DNA of 64,000 nucleotides from the NCBI GenBank assembly GCA_965116025.1, contig OZ220480.1:1216001-1280000 (forward strand), written 5' to 3'. The first letter of the stretch is position 1, and each line of letters starts with the position of its first letter. The notes below the pieces were generated by a model, which was not told where the DNA came from, did no database searches, and saw only the letters and a list, made by a program, of their open reading frames with translations. The DNA is from an uncultured candidatus Porisulfidus sp. Its GTDB lineage: Bacteria; Pseudomonadota; Gammaproteobacteria; Poriferisulfidales; Poriferisulfidaceae. This document shows positions 23,501-33,912 of this stretch, piece by piece. The position numbers were made by a program, and so were the translations under genes.

Positions 23501-23881
23501 GTAAGATCGCTGGGAGAGGTGCCGGGATTCTTGGGAGGAAGGAACGACTTGATGGTCGTCATCTCCCCGGAAGGCCTCACGGTCAGCGCCAGACCGCCCG
23601 TCTGACCCGTGTACTCGATGGGATTGGCATCGGCGTTATTAGTCCCGCCGTAGGTCGCGGCATCGCAGGTGACTGTTTTGGCGGCGCTGACGGCGCCGCA
23701 CTCGTCCGCCTCGGCGGAATGCGGAATCAGCGGAATGGAGAGAACGGCCGTCAAACCGGCCAGAACGGTCAGGAAACGAGGGCTATGCCCCCCCCCCCCC
23801 CCCCCCCCCTATGAGGGAAGACGACGAGGCGCCGCGAAACGCGGCGCGAATGGCATTGGAAGCGGAAAGGATCTTCTTCAT
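20515..23881 (-). CDS. Autotransporter 1 (type Va), frameshifted at a G22 tract (phase OFF as assembled)
   Basis: ATG 23881 gives MKKILSASNAIRAAFRGASSSSLIGGGGGGGA*; removing one G joins it to HSPRFLTVLAGLTAVLSIPLIPHSAEA-DEC (signal peptide) and ORF 20515..23754; Gly/Ile/Val-rich passenger; barrel ending DYGASVLLKVRF. Confidence 0.87.
23788..23809 (-). repeat. Poly-G homopolymer (G22 on the coding strand)
   Basis: 22 consecutive C on the + strand. Confidence 0.95.
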
Positions 23882-23914
23882 TTTGGTTCTTATCTTGAGG
23901 TTCAAGCGAGCGCG

Positions 23915-23920
23915 ATTATA
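23915..23920 (-). promoter_or_regulatory. Putative -10 box of autotransporter 1
   Basis: TATAAT on the minus strand about 34 nt upstream of ATG 23881. Confidence 0.45.
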
Positions 23921-24252
23921 CAGCACGATCTTGCCGGCGCGCGTCATGCCGCAGGCGTGGACGCTCGCTTGCCCGGGTCCACGCCCAGATGGGCGATGGC
24001 GAGTTGACGTGGAGTCCTTTTCATAAGGGTCGTCCCGCTTTCGCGATGGGTTCGTCGTGCGCTCATCGTGCCCGCTCAAGGCCGAACAGGGAAGCGGGGC
24101 GAACCATCCCATCAACGATATCGTGGAGCGCGCTCCTTTCTTCCCGATCTCCGTAAATCGCGCATCTGTGAAACATCCACTGAAGAGGTATGGCGAATGG
24201 GGTAGAATGGATTTCCAACCCCGATAATAATCACAACTAAGGGGGTGATCCA

Positions 24253-26163
24253 ATGGAGGGAATCCTCGAGATCAGGGACGGGTGCAACACTCCGGAGCAG
24301 TTGCTTCGCAGCCTCGCCTTCGCTCGTTACCTGAAAATCTACAAGGAGGAGTTTTTGGCGGACCTTCTGCGTCGCGACCATAATCTCGATGAGGCCCAGC
24401 ACAAGGCGGAGCTGATTCGCGGCATCACGTTGCGGGACATCACCGAGGTTCTGGACTCCAGTCATTTCTCGCCCGAGGCCCTGGAGCGCGCCCGCGCGGT
24501 CGTCAAGTTTCTGGACGGCGGCTTCCACCACTTCCGCAACGCGAGCTACTCGCGCTTGGTGCGGCTGCAGAACGAGGTGGTCAGCTCGGGCACGGAAAGC
24601 CAGAGCACGATCAAGGACAAGGTCACGGAGAAGGCCGCCCAGTTGAACGACCTGATTCTGGATACGCGTCGCCGGTTGCTGTCTCAGGTGGGGCTGGGCT
24701 ATGGCGTGCGCCGCACGCCGGGCATGGACGCCTCCCCGAACGTGACGGCCGGCGAGATTTCTGGCCACTACTGCAACATCCCCGCCACGTACAGCGTCCT
24801 GTGCCATGTTCCCCTGACCATGGCGGCGGATATCCGCACGGGCGTGGACTACCGCACGCCGGCCAACCGGCGCGCCTATCCGTTTTTCGAGCTGGACCAT
24901 AACCCGTTGCATCTGGAGCGTTTCGACCCGGATGCCTGGGTATCGGTCCCGTTGCGGGTCGGGCGCTGGCTGATCGTCGCGTACATTCACAAGTCGCGCG
25001 GCTGCATCGAGATGGAGCCGGGATTGCTGAACCTGTTTCCTTTCGCTGGCGTCGAGCGTGATTTTCCGGCGATGCGCCCCGACGGGCTGTTCTTCTTCGG
25101 GGATCCGAACGGGACGTTCGGTGAGGATCTTGGCTACTACTGGGACGAGGACGACCAGTTGCTGATCGGCCTGGTCCCGCAACACGACGAATACAAGTAT
25201 TTCGGCTATTGCAAAAAACCGATTCTGACCCTGCACAACGTGCTCGCGATTCGCGCTGGCGACGTTCCGTTGCACTGCGGATGCACCCGCTACATCGTGG
25301 GCTTCGAGGGCGACGATCCGTACGTTTCGGAAATGCTGATCAAGGCGGACGACATGGGGCGGGTCGTGCTGGAGCGCGCCAATGGCGCGGCGTTTCGCCG
25401 GCCGATCTTCTACGGCACCGAGATCGGGGCGTTCGCGTGTCTGGACGGTTTCAGCGAGCAGGCGAAGCTGGCCATGGAAGGCCGGGAAGTTGGCTACAAC
25501 AACCATATGGGCTCGAACGCGCGGCAGGTCGTGCCGGTGGCCGAGGAGTCCGAGGTGGCGCTGGGCAGCGACCTAGACGTGTTGCTGTATATGAACAACT
25601 TCGACATCAAGGAAGAGGGCGAATCCTGCATCGATGTCGATATTCCGGTGTCCGAGGCGATCCGGCATTTTCGGAAAGGCGAGCGGGTCGCCGCGGGCAG
25701 CACCCAGACGCACCGTGGCAAGAAGGAGGCCAGCTACTGGGCCAACCCGTTCCCGACGCTGATGAGCAACGAGGGCGACGTGCTGCACCCCGATCTATAC
25801 GAACGTTTCAGCGAGACCGAGGCGTCATTCATGAAGGATGTCGAGGAGCTGGTGGAGCGCGGAGAGATGTATCTGGGTGTGGCCTACAGCCAGTTGATGG
25901 CCGGAGTCTACGAGAAGGTCGAGGACGAGGATGTCGCGCGATGTGGCTTCCGCGACCGCGAGGAGATTGAGCAGGTCGCGCCGGAGCGCCTCGCGCGCGA
26001 GCTGATCCAGATGGTCAAGCGGATCGCGGCGCGGAAGCGCGACCGTTTGGGTGGCGAGGCCAAGGAAATCGACGTGACGGTGGCTTTGGTCGGCGACAGC
26101 CGCACCGGCAAGTCGGAGACCGCGGAGAAGCTGGAAGGCGTTCTTGGGCTGACGCTGATCTGA
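24253..26163 (+). CDS. PEP-carboxykinase-like/HPr-kinase-fold P-loop protein with C-terminal Walker A
   Basis: RBS AAGGGGGTGA; YFGYCKKPILTLHN..PLH, ADDMG, YGTEIGAF, NAR, LYMNNF, SYWANPF; GDSRTGKS near the C-terminus. Confidence 0.72.
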   Translation: MEGILEIRDGCNTPEQLLRSLAFARYLKIYKEEFLADLLRRDHNLDEAQHKAELIRGITLRDITEVLDSSHFSPEALERARAVVKFLDGGFHHFRNASYSRLVRLQNEVVSSGTESQSTIKDKVTEKAAQLNDLILDTRRRLLSQVGLGYGVRRTPGMDASPNVTAGEISGHYCNIPATYSVLCHVPLTMAADIRTGVDYRTPANRRAYPFFELDHNPLHLERFDPDAWVSVPLRVGRWLIVAYIHKSRGCIEMEPGLLNLFPFAGVERDFPAMRPDGLFFFGDPNGTFGEDLGYYWDEDDQLLIGLVPQHDEYKYFGYCKKPILTLHNVLAIRAGDVPLHCGCTRYIVGFEGDDPYVSEMLIKADDMGRVVLERANGAAFRRPIFYGTEIGAFACLDGFSEQAKLAMEGREVGYNNHMGSNARQVVPVAEESEVALGSDLDVLLYMNNFDIKEEGESCIDVDIPVSEAIRHFRKGERVAAGSTQTHRGKKEASYWANPFPTLMSNEGDVLHPDLYERFSETEASFMKDVEELVERGEMYLGVAYSQLMAGVYEKVEDEDVARCGFRDREEIEQVAPERLARELIQMVKRIAARKRDRLGGEAKEIDVTVALVGDSRTGKSETAEKLEGVLGLTLI

Positions 26164-26230
26164 TTGGCCTTCCCGAAATACTCGCGCGGTCCGGCGAGAG
26201 AGGCTCTAGAGCCCGCGAAAGCCGGGGGCG

Positions 26231-28987
26231 CTACATCCGCTCGATGCGCTCGCGCTGTTCCAGAAGCTGCGTTCGCGCGGTTTCCAGCTCCTCCAGCCGG
26301 TCTCGCTCTTTTCGCACGATCTCCTCTGGGGCTCGCGCGAGGAATCGCTCGTTGTCCAGTTTGCCGCGGGCCGCTCCGAGGGATCGCTCCAACTTTTTCA
26401 GTTCCCGACCAAGCCGGGCCAGCTCGGCCTCGCGGTCGATGAGGCCAGCCAGCGGGATCAGTAGTCGCATGCTTCCGACCAGCGCCGTGGCGGCTTCCGG
26501 CGCCGTCTCGCCGGGCTCCATCCAGCAAATCGACTCCGGGCGCGCGAGACTCTGGACCCAGTCCCGGGTCGCTTCAAGGCGCGCTTGGTCCCGTGCCGTC
26601 CAGTTCTCCAGAAGCACGGGCACCGGCCGTCCCGGGGCGATATCCATCTCCGCGCGGATCCGGCGAATTCCGCCGATGATCTCCCTCAGCCAGCGCATCG
26701 TCTCGAACGTCTCGGGGTCCTCATCGGCGCCGCGCGCGTCGGGCCAGCGGCGAGTCAGAAGCATATCGTCCCCGTCGTTTTCGCGGCGCGGGAGCTGGCG
26801 GTGCAACTCTTCGGTGATGAACGGCATGAACGGGTGCAGCAGGCGCAGGATCCGGTCGAACGTCGCGAGCAGAACGCGCAGGGTGGACTGCGCGGCGCCG
26901 TCCGGCGAGTCCTCGTTGAGAGTCGCCTTCGCGAGTTCCAGATACCAGTCGCAGAAGTCGCGCCACACGAAATCGTACAGCGTTTTCGCGGCCAAGTCGA
27001 AGCGATAGGATTCGAGGCGCTCGGTGACTTCCCGGGCGACTTGCCGGGAGCGGGCGGCGATCCAGCGGTCGACCAGGCTCGGCTCGGCCATGGGCGCGGA
27101 TTCGTCCAGCCGGTCGGCGCGCGTCCGCGCGAAACGCGCCGCGTTCCAGATTTTGTTGCAGAAATTCCGATAGCCCAGCACGCGTGGCAACTCGAAGCGC
27201 ACGTCGCGGCCAAGCGTCGCCTGGGTAGCGAAGCAAAAGCGCAGCGCGTCGGTCCCGCACGTCGGAAATCCTTCCGGAAACTCCTGGCTGGTCGCCCGCT
27301 CGATCGGGCGCGCTCGCCTAGGGTCCATCAGGTCGGCGACGCGCTTGCGGACCAGCTCTTCCGGCCCGATCCCGTCGATGACGTCAATCGGGTCGATGGT
27401 GTTGCCTTTCGACTTCGACATCTTCTGTCCGCGCGCGTCGCGCACCAGGCCGTGCACGTAAACGGCTCGGAACGGGACCTCGTCCAAGAAGTGCAGGCCC
27501 ATCATGATCATGCGGGCCACCCAGAAGAAGATGATGTCGAATCCCGTGACCAGCGCGTCGGTCGGATAGAAACGCTCCAAAGCCGGATCCTTTCCAGGCC
27601 AGCCGAGCGTCGAGAACGGCCACAAAGCCGAGGAGAACCAGGTGTCCAGCACGTCCTCGTCCTGGCGCAACGGCGCGTCGGGCGGGAGCCCGTGCTTTTC
27701 CCGAACTTCTCGCTCGCTTCGCCCCACGAGCGGCGCGTCATCGGCTCCGTACCAGGCGGGAATTCGGTGTCCCCACCACAACTGACGACTGACGCACCAG
27801 TCCTCGATGCGGTCCATCCACTCATAGTAGGTCTTGCTCCAGTTCTCGGGAACGAAGCGGACGCGGCCATCGCGGACCGCGGCCACGGCCCGGTCAGCCA
27901 GCGGGCGGACGCGGACGAACCACTGATCGGTCAGATAGGGCTCGACCACGGCGCCGCTTCGATCCCCGCGCGGAATGGTCAGGGCGTGCTCTTCCACGCC
28001 CGCTAGCAACCCTCGCGCATCGAGATCCTCCAGGACTCTCTCTCTCGCGCGCTCGCGGCTAAGTCCTCGGTACGCCTCGGGCGCCTCCTCTCCGATCCGC
28101 GCGTCGTCAGTGAGAATGTTGATCCTCGGAAGGTCGTGCCGCAGTCCGACTTGGTAGTCGTTGAAATCGTGCGCCGGCGTGATCTTCACGCACCCGGTGC
28201 CGAACTCCGGATCCACGCGCTCGTCCGCCACGACCGGGATCTCCCGCTCCGCCAGCGGCAGGAGCGCGGAACGCCCGATCCACTTTCGATAGCGGGGATC
28301 GCCGGGATGGACCGCCACCGCGGTGTCGCCCAGCATGGTTTCCGGGCGGGTGGTGGCGACCTCCAGCATCTCTTCGGAGCCGATGATCGGGTAACGCAGG
28401 CGCCACAGTCGTCCTCGCTCCTCCGAGGCGACCACCTCAAGGTCCGACAGGGCGGTGCGCAACGCCGGGTCCCAGTTGACCAGTCGCTCGCCACGGTAGA
28501 CCAGTCCTCGCTCGTGCAGTCGCACGAACGCCTCGCGCACCGCCTCGGACATGCCCCGGTCCATGGTGAATCGTTCGCGCGACCAGTCGACCGAGGCTCC
28601 CATTCGGCGGAGCTGCCGGGTGATGTTTCCTCCAGATTCGCGCTTCCAGGCCCAGACCTCCTCGACGAAGGCGTCCCGACCGAGGTCCCGACGCGTCCGC
28701 CCCTCGCGCTCCAGCTTGCGCTCGACCACCATCTGGGTGGCGATGCCGGCGTGGTCGGTCCCAGGTTGCCACAGGACGGCCTGACCCCGCATCCTCCGCC
28801 AGCGAGTCAGGATGTCCATCAGGGTGTCCTGGAACGCGTGCCCCATGTGCAGGGTTCCGGTCACGTTCGGGGGCGGGATCATGATGCAGAAGGGCTCGCC
28901 TTCCGCTCCCGGCGCGAAGGAGCCGCTCTCTTCCCAGCGTCGCCGCCAGAAAGCCTCGATTCGTTCGGGGTCGTAGCTTTTGTCCAT
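26231..28987 (-). CDS. valS: Valine--tRNA ligase
   Basis: [28 protein letters not shown]-terminal coiled coil. Confidence 0.98.
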   Translation of the reverse strand: MDKSYDPERIEAFWRRRWEESGSFAPGAEGEPFCIMIPPPNVTGTLHMGHAFQDTLMDILTRWRRMRGQAVLWQPGTDHAGIATQMVVERKLEREGRTRRDLGRDAFVEEVWAWKRESGGNITRQLRRMGASVDWSRERFTMDRGMSEAVREAFVRLHERGLVYRGERLVNWDPALRTALSDLEVVASEERGRLWRLRYPIIGSEEMLEVATTRPETMLGDTAVAVHPGDPRYRKWIGRSALLPLAEREIPVVADERVDPEFGTGCVKITPAHDFNDYQVGLRHDLPRINILTDDARIGEEAPEAYRGLSRERARERVLEDLDARGLLAGVEEHALTIPRGDRSGAVVEPYLTDQWFVRVRPLADRAVAAVRDGRVRFVPENWSKTYYEWMDRIEDWCVSRQLWWGHRIPAWYGADDAPLVGRSEREVREKHGLPPDAPLRQDEDVLDTWFSSALWPFSTLGWPGKDPALERFYPTDALVTGFDIIFFWVARMIMMGLHFLDEVPFRAVYVHGLVRDARGQKMSKSKGNTIDPIDVIDGIGPEELVRKRVADLMDPRRARPIERATSQEFPEGFPTCGTDALRFCFATQATLGRDVRFELPRVLGYRNFCNKIWNAARFARTRADRLDESAPMAEPSLVDRWIAARSRQVAREVTERLESYRFDLAAKTLYDFVWRDFCDWYLELAKATLNEDSPDGAAQSTLRVLLATFDRILRLLHPFMPFITEELHRQLPRRENDGDDMLLTRRWPDARGADEDPETFETMRWLREIIGGIRRIRAEMDIAPGRPVPVLLENWTARDQARLEATRDWVQSLARPESICWMEPGETAPEAATALVGSMRLLIPLAGLIDREAELARLGRELKKLERSLGAARGKLDNERFLARAPEEIVRKERDRLEELETARTQLLEQRERIERM

Positions 28988-29022
28988 GCGCGGAACCGCC
29001 CGGGGGCGGGGCCGTGGTCGCG

Positions 29023-29439
29023 TTACTGGACGATCTCGTGGAGATCCGGCTCTACGCCGCTCTCCCGATATTGGCGGTAGCGCGCGCGACCGTGGCTCTT
29101 GGTGTCGTCGTCGGGCCCGACCACCTCGGCGACCCGGGCGAACGATTCGGGGTCGTTCGGCATGTCGTTGGCCAGATTGATCAGCACGTCACGCTCTTGG
29201 GGCAACCATTCGTCATGGATGGTGACCTTGACGAGCGGGCTGGAGCTCTGGCCAAGACTGTGCGGCAGGAAGCTCTGGTCGCGGAAGGTCCACATTTTCG
29301 CGTCCAGGGACTCGGCGGCCCGCATGTCCGGGACCCGGACATGCACCCGGTGTCCGCGCTCCACGGCCTTCTCCGCGATTTGGCAGGCGACCCGCTCGCG
29401 GTCGCCGCGCTTGATGACGTAGAAGTGGACGTGATCCAC
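29023..29439 (-). CDS. holC: DNA polymerase III chi subunit
   Basis: [30 protein letters not shown]; pepA-holC-valS synteny. Confidence 0.92.
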   Translation of the reverse strand: MDHVHFYVIKRGDRERVACQIAEKAVERGHRVHVRVPDMRAAESLDAKMWTFRDQSFLPHSLGQSSSPLVKVTIHDEWLPQERDVLINLANDMPNDPESFARVAEVVGPDDDTKSHGRARYRQYRESGVEPDLHEIVQ

Positions 29440-29441
29440 GG

Positions 29442-30932
29442 CTAGGAACGCGCGTCACGCATCAGGAAGTGCGTCAGCAGGGGCACGGGCCGGCCGGTCG
29501 CGCCCTTGCTCTGGCCCGTGTTCCAGGCGGTGCCGGCGATGTCGAGATGCGCCCATGGCGTGTCGCCGACGAAGCGCGACAGAAAGCAGGCGGCGGTGGT
29601 GGCCCCCGCGTAGCGCTTCCCGATGTTGGCGATATCGGCGAAGTTGCTGTCGAGCTCGGACTGGTAGTCGTCCCACAGCGGCAACGGCCACGCTCGGTCC
29701 CAGCTTTCCCGCCCGGCGGCCATAAGCGCGCGCTCCAGCGGCGCGTGCGAGGTGAACAGCCCGGACGCATGCTTGCCGAGCGCGTGCAGGCAGGCGCCGG
29801 TCAGGGTGGCGACATCGATTATCAGGCGCGGCTTGAAGCTCAGGGCGTAGTGGAGCGCGTCGCACAGGATGAGCCGGCCTTCGGCATCCGTGTTCAGGAT
29901 CTCCACGGTCTGCCCGGACGCGGTGGTGACCACGTCGCCGGGCCGGGTCGCCCGGCCGCCGGGCATGTTCTCGGTGGCCGGCACGACGCCGACCAGACGT
30001 TGCGGCAAATCCAGCGCCGCCGCCGCCCGGAGCGCGCCGAGCACGCTGGCCGCGCCGCACATGTCGAATTTCATCTCATCCATCGCGGAACTGGGCTTGA
30101 TCGAGATCCCGCCCGTGTCGAACGTGACGCCCTTGCCGACCAAAGCGATCGGGGGCCGCTCGCGGTCCTTCCCGCGGTACTCGACGACGATCAGACGAGG
30201 TTCTTCCGCGCTGCCCTGCGCCACGGCCAGGAACGCGCCCATACCGCGCTTCTCCAGCTCGCCGCGCCCGAGCGCCCGGACGCGAAAGCGCTTGTCCTGA
30301 TTCGCCAGCGAACGGGCCTCGCGGGCTAGATAGGTCGGCGTGCAGAGGTTGGGCGGAAGGTCTCCGAGGAGCCGGGCCCAGGTCATTCCGGACGCGATCG
30401 CGACGCCTTGCCTCACCGCCTCGCGGACCTTGGCCTGGCCCGCCGCGGAAGAGAGAATCGAGACGGATTTCAGGGGGACGGCCGGAGGCTTGGCGGAAGG
30501 CTTGGTCTCCTGGAAGACGTAGGCCGCGTTCTCCAGCGCCATCGTGGCTTGGCGCGCGTTCCACCGCGCGTTCCTGCCGGCGACCCGGATCTCGCTGATG
30601 GCCAGCGCCGCGGTCTCGACCGGGTCCTTATGCAGGACCCGCGCGATCTGGCGCGCCGTCTTGAGGAAGTCGTTCTCCCCGACCGCGTCGCTCTTCCCGA
30701 AGCCGGCCAGCAGCATCCGCGCGGCCTTCAGCCCGGCGGGGCGATACAATGCGTGAAGCGTTCCCGCCTCGCCCGCGGCGCCCCGCATGGAGAGGAGGTC
30801 GCTGACCGCGCCGCCCGTCGCCCGGTCCACGGCCCGGGCGCTGGGGGTCATTTGGCCGTCCTCGTAGACGCCGACCACCAGGCAGTCGCAGGCGGTTTTC
30901 GCGGGCGGGGAAGTCGTGACGGAATATTTCAT
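29442..30932 (-). CDS. pepA: Leucyl aminopeptidase
   Basis: GKGVTFDTGGISIK, MKFDMCGA, NTDAEGRL, WAHLDIAG. Confidence 0.97.
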   Translation of the reverse strand: MKYSVTTSPPAKTACDCLVVGVYEDGQMTPSARAVDRATGGAVSDLLSMRGAAGEAGTLHALYRPAGLKAARMLLAGFGKSDAVGENDFLKTARQIARVLHKDPVETAALAISEIRVAGRNARWNARQATMALENAAYVFQETKPSAKPPAVPLKSVSILSSAAGQAKVREAVRQGVAIASGMTWARLLGDLPPNLCTPTYLAREARSLANQDKRFRVRALGRGELEKRGMGAFLAVAQGSAEEPRLIVVEYRGKDRERPPIALVGKGVTFDTGGISIKPSSAMDEMKFDMCGAASVLGALRAAAALDLPQRLVGVVPATENMPGGRATRPGDVVTTASGQTVEILNTDAEGRLILCDALHYALSFKPRLIIDVATLTGACLHALGKHASGLFTSHAPLERALMAAGRESWDRAWPLPLWDDYQSELDSNFADIANIGKRYAGATTAACFLSRFVGDTPWAHLDIAGTAWNTGQSKGATGRPVPLLTHFLMRDARS

Positions 30933-30954
30933 GAGGAGAATCTGGAGATTGCGG

Positions 30955-32052
30955 GTGACGAATCCAGATTTTATCAAACCCCGGCTGTCGATCCTGGACC
31001 GCTACCTGACGCGCGAGATCCTGCGGGCCGCGCTCGCGGTCACCGTGGCGTTGCTGCTGCTGATCGCGAGCAAGCTGCTCATGCAGCAGCTGGGCTACCT
31101 GATGGAGGGCAAGTTCTCCTCCGGCATCGTCCACGAGCTGCTGGCCAACAAGCTCCTCGCGTACTTCGCGCACATGCTGCCGCTGCTGATGCTTCTGTCG
31201 TCCGTTCTCGCGCTCGGGCGCATGCATCGGGACTCCGAGATGACGGCCCTGCGCTCCTGCGGCTATTCCGAGGCGCGTCTGTTGCTTCCCATGGCGATGG
31301 TCGGAGTCCCGCTGGCCGTCGCGCTGGCGGCGATGAGTCTCTACGTCACGCCCCGGTTGTCGCTTGAGGCGGAACTGGCGCACCATCAGGCGCGCTTGCG
31401 GGCGGGGGTCGACCTGATGCGGGAAGGAAGGTTCATGCAGACTCGGGACGGCCGTTGGGCGCTGTACGCGAGCCGCGCGGACGGGGAGGTCGCGGAAGAC
31501 GTGTTCTTCGCCAGCTATGAGGCCGAATCGAGGCGGGTCCATATCCAGACCGCCGCTCGAGCGAGACGGATCCTGGATGGCGAGGACGGCGTCGCCACGC
31601 TGGAATTCGAGGATGGACGATGGCACAGCGGATGGCCGGGAGACGCGGACTTCCAGACCATGACGTTCGATCGACACCGATTGCGGATCGATCTGGCTCC
31701 GCCCTCGGAGATATGGACGAACCCTCGGTACATGACTCCCGAACGGTTACGGGCGGACGGATCCCCGGCGGCGCGGGCGGAACTGCAGTGGCGATGGTCC
31801 GGGCCGGTCTCGCTGTTGCTGATGATGGCGCTGGCCGTCCCTCTGTCGAGAAGCTCGCCGCGCGAGGGAAAATACGCGCGCGCCGCCTACGCCATAGCGA
31901 TCTATCTGGTCTACGCGCAGTTCCAGTTGCTGGCGACCAGCCAGACGCGGGGAGGCAACTGGCCAGACTGGGCGGGCGTGTGGTGGGCGCACGCGCTGAT
32001 GGCGCTCGGCGTCGTTCTGGCGTACCGCCGGACGTGGAGGGGACGGGCGTGA
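30955..32052 (+). CDS. lptF: LPS export permease LptF
   Basis: ILDRYLTREI, GRMHRDSEMTAL, AELQWR; divergent from pepA; start uncertain. Confidence 0.9.
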   Translation: MTNPDFIKPRLSILDRYLTREILRAALAVTVALLLLIASKLLMQQLGYLMEGKFSSGIVHELLANKLLAYFAHMLPLLMLLSSVLALGRMHRDSEMTALRSCGYSEARLLLPMAMVGVPLAVALAAMSLYVTPRLSLEAELAHHQARLRAGVDLMREGRFMQTRDGRWALYASRADGEVAEDVFFASYEAESRRVHIQTAARARRILDGEDGVATLEFEDGRWHSGWPGDADFQTMTFDRHRLRIDLAPPSEIWTNPRYMTPERLRADGSPAARAELQWRWSGPVSLLLMMALAVPLSRSSPREGKYARAAYAIAIYLVYAQFQLLATSQTRGGNWPDWAGVWWAHALMALGVVLAYRRTWRGRA

Positions 32053-33155
32053 GCGTTTTCGCCCGCTACCTGATCCGTCGCGTGCTGACCGGAATCGCTT
32101 TGGTCGCTCTGGTGGCGGTGGCGATCCTCACCTTGGTGGATTTCATCGACGAGGTCCGTCGGGTGCGGCCGGGAGGCTATTCCTTCGTGGACGCGTTGCG
32201 CGTGATCGCGCTGACCACGCCGCAACGCGCCTATGAGGCGTTGCCGGTCTCGGTGTTCATCGGTAGCCTGCTGAGTCTCGGGCAGCTGGTCGCGGACAAC
32301 GAGATGACGGCGCTGCGAGCGGCCGGGATCGGGATCTGGTGGCTGTCCGGGCGATTGCTCGGGGTGGGGCTGGTCTTGGCGCTGGCGACCATTTTCGTGG
32401 GCGAGAAAATCGCGCCGCGAGGGATGGAGCTGGCGTCGGATATCCGCCGCGCGCCGCCGGAGGGGGCATCGGGCGGAGAGGTCCGGGGCCTGTGGATCCG
32501 CAAGGGCGACCACTACATCCATCTGCTGCGCGGCGCCCGTCGCGACCACCTGCTCGACGTGCTGGCGTATCGGCTGGACGCGAATGGGGCTCTGGAGCGT
32601 GGCCTGCATGCGAAAAGCGCGCAGTTCACGGACCGGGGCTGGCTTCTCCGCGACGTGCGGGAGAGCGTGATTCATCCAGATGGCGGCATCACGAGCGAGC
32701 GTCACGCCGAGCGAATCGACGCGATCCTGCCGGACGCCAGCGTGCTTGACGCGATGCTGGTTCCCGCCGAGGAAATGCCGATGGTGCGCCTGGATCGCTA
32801 TCTGCGCTATTTCGACGGCGGAGAGACCGATCTGCAGGCCTACCGCTTCGCCTGGTGGCAACGTCTCTCCACGCCGCTCTCCTGCATGGTGGTTTTGCTG
32901 CTGACGATCTCGTTCACGTTCACCCAACCGCGCGGCGGGGGGCTTGGCCAGCGCGTTTTCATCGGCGTGGTCAGCGGCATCGGCATCTATCTGTTCAATC
33001 GCGTGGGCGGGCATTTCGGGATGCTGGCCGGCCTGCCTCCCGGGTTGGCCGCGTTCCTGCCGCTGATCCTTCTCTCTCTGCTCGGTTTGGGGGTCCTGGT
33101 GGCGGGGCAGACGAGGGCGCGCCGGATTATCGGCGGCAAACTTCGGGCGCGCTGA
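32049..33155 (+). CDS. lptG: LPS export permease LptG
   Basis: GTG start overlapping the lptF stop; ARYLIRRVL, NEMTALRAAG, GLWIRKG. Confidence 0.9.
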   Translation: MSVFARYLIRRVLTGIALVALVAVAILTLVDFIDEVRRVRPGGYSFVDALRVIALTTPQRAYEALPVSVFIGSLLSLGQLVADNEMTALRAAGIGIWWLSGRLLGVGLVLALATIFVGEKIAPRGMELASDIRRAPPEGASGGEVRGLWIRKGDHYIHLLRGARRDHLLDVLAYRLDANGALERGLHAKSAQFTDRGWLLRDVRESVIHPDGGITSERHAERIDAILPDASVLDAMLVPAEEMPMVRLDRYLRYFDGGETDLQAYRFAWWQRLSTPLSCMVVLLLTISFTFTQPRGGGLGQRVFIGVVSGIGIYLFNRVGGHFGMLAGLPPGLAAFLPLILLSLLGLGVLVAGQTRARRIIGGKLRAR

Positions 33156-33167
33156 TTCGCTTCCCGG

Positions 33168-33620
33168 TCACCCTGCCGGCACCAGGCGGGTGGCGCTCCA
33201 ATGGTCGTGCCAGCACAGCCGGCCGGGATCGAGCAGTCCCCACAGAAAACCCAGGCCAAGGCAAGCCCAAGATAGCGCCGAGCCGACTCCTCGGACGAGC
33301 GCGGCGCGCCAGCCGATTCTCCGTCCGTCCCGCGTCTCGACGCGCACCCGCCACGCGCGCATGCCCAGCGTCGCTCCGCGCCCGCGCCAGGAAAGCACGA
33401 AATAGGCCAGCCCGACGGCCAGCAAATACGCTTGATACGCTAGATGCTCCGGGGAGCCGGACGTGGATAGATCCAGCGTCGCGAAGGGGAGGCTGGCGGC
33501 CCACCAGATGGCGATCAGCGCCAAGGCGTCGTAGGCGATGCAGCCGAGACGCCTTGGAAAGCCGATGGTCCTCGCGTCCGGATCGGAGGGCGAGGGTGGC
33601 GGAGAGTCTTTCTTTCTCAA
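33168..33620 (-). CDS. RDD family membrane protein
   Basis: RRLGCIAYD, GATLGMRAWRVRV, WHDHWSAT. Confidence 0.88.
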   Translation of the reverse strand: MRKKDSPPPSPSDPDARTIGFPRRLGCIAYDALALIAIWWAASLPFATLDLSTSGSPEHLAYQAYLLAVGLAYFVLSWRGRGATLGMRAWRVRVETRDGRRIGWRAALVRGVGSALSWACLGLGFLWGLLDPGRLCWHDHWSATRLVPAG

Positions 33621-33705
33621 TGTCGCGAGGCGGGCGGCGACCGGTCACTGGAGACGGAGACAGACTCTACCCGAAATCCCCTGTACACTAGCCCGCGGGG
33701 AATCG

Positions 33706-33912
33706 ATGCGCATGAGCACGGAAATGGAGAGGAGAGAAGCGGGCGCCTCGAGCTCGCTTGATCAGATGAGGATGTTTTCCGATGATCAGGCCGCGGCGAG
33801 TTTCCTCAAGGATCCGTGCGGGGTGCCGAGCGAGGCTCCATCGGTCAGGCCAAGCAGCTTTCGCTCGATCATGGTTGGCAAGTGGAGACCGTGCGAGAGC
33901 CGGCTGCTATGA
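33706..33912 (+). other. Small ORF, possibly a degraded transposase N-terminus, coupled to the methyltransferase
   Basis: MRMSTEMERREAGASSSLDQMRMFSDDQAAASFL; its TGA overlaps the MTase ATG (ATGA). Confidence 0.3.

Noticed and set aside
23930-24240. Riboswitch or ncRNA in the AT1/PEPCK-like intergenic region
   Set aside because: No motif I recognise; an Rfam cmscan would be needed.
23783-24253. 156-aa minus-strand ORF ending in GGGGGGGA
   Set aside because: Only its last 32 codons (from ATG 23881) are meaningful, as the out-of-frame AT1 leader; the rest crosses the promoter region.
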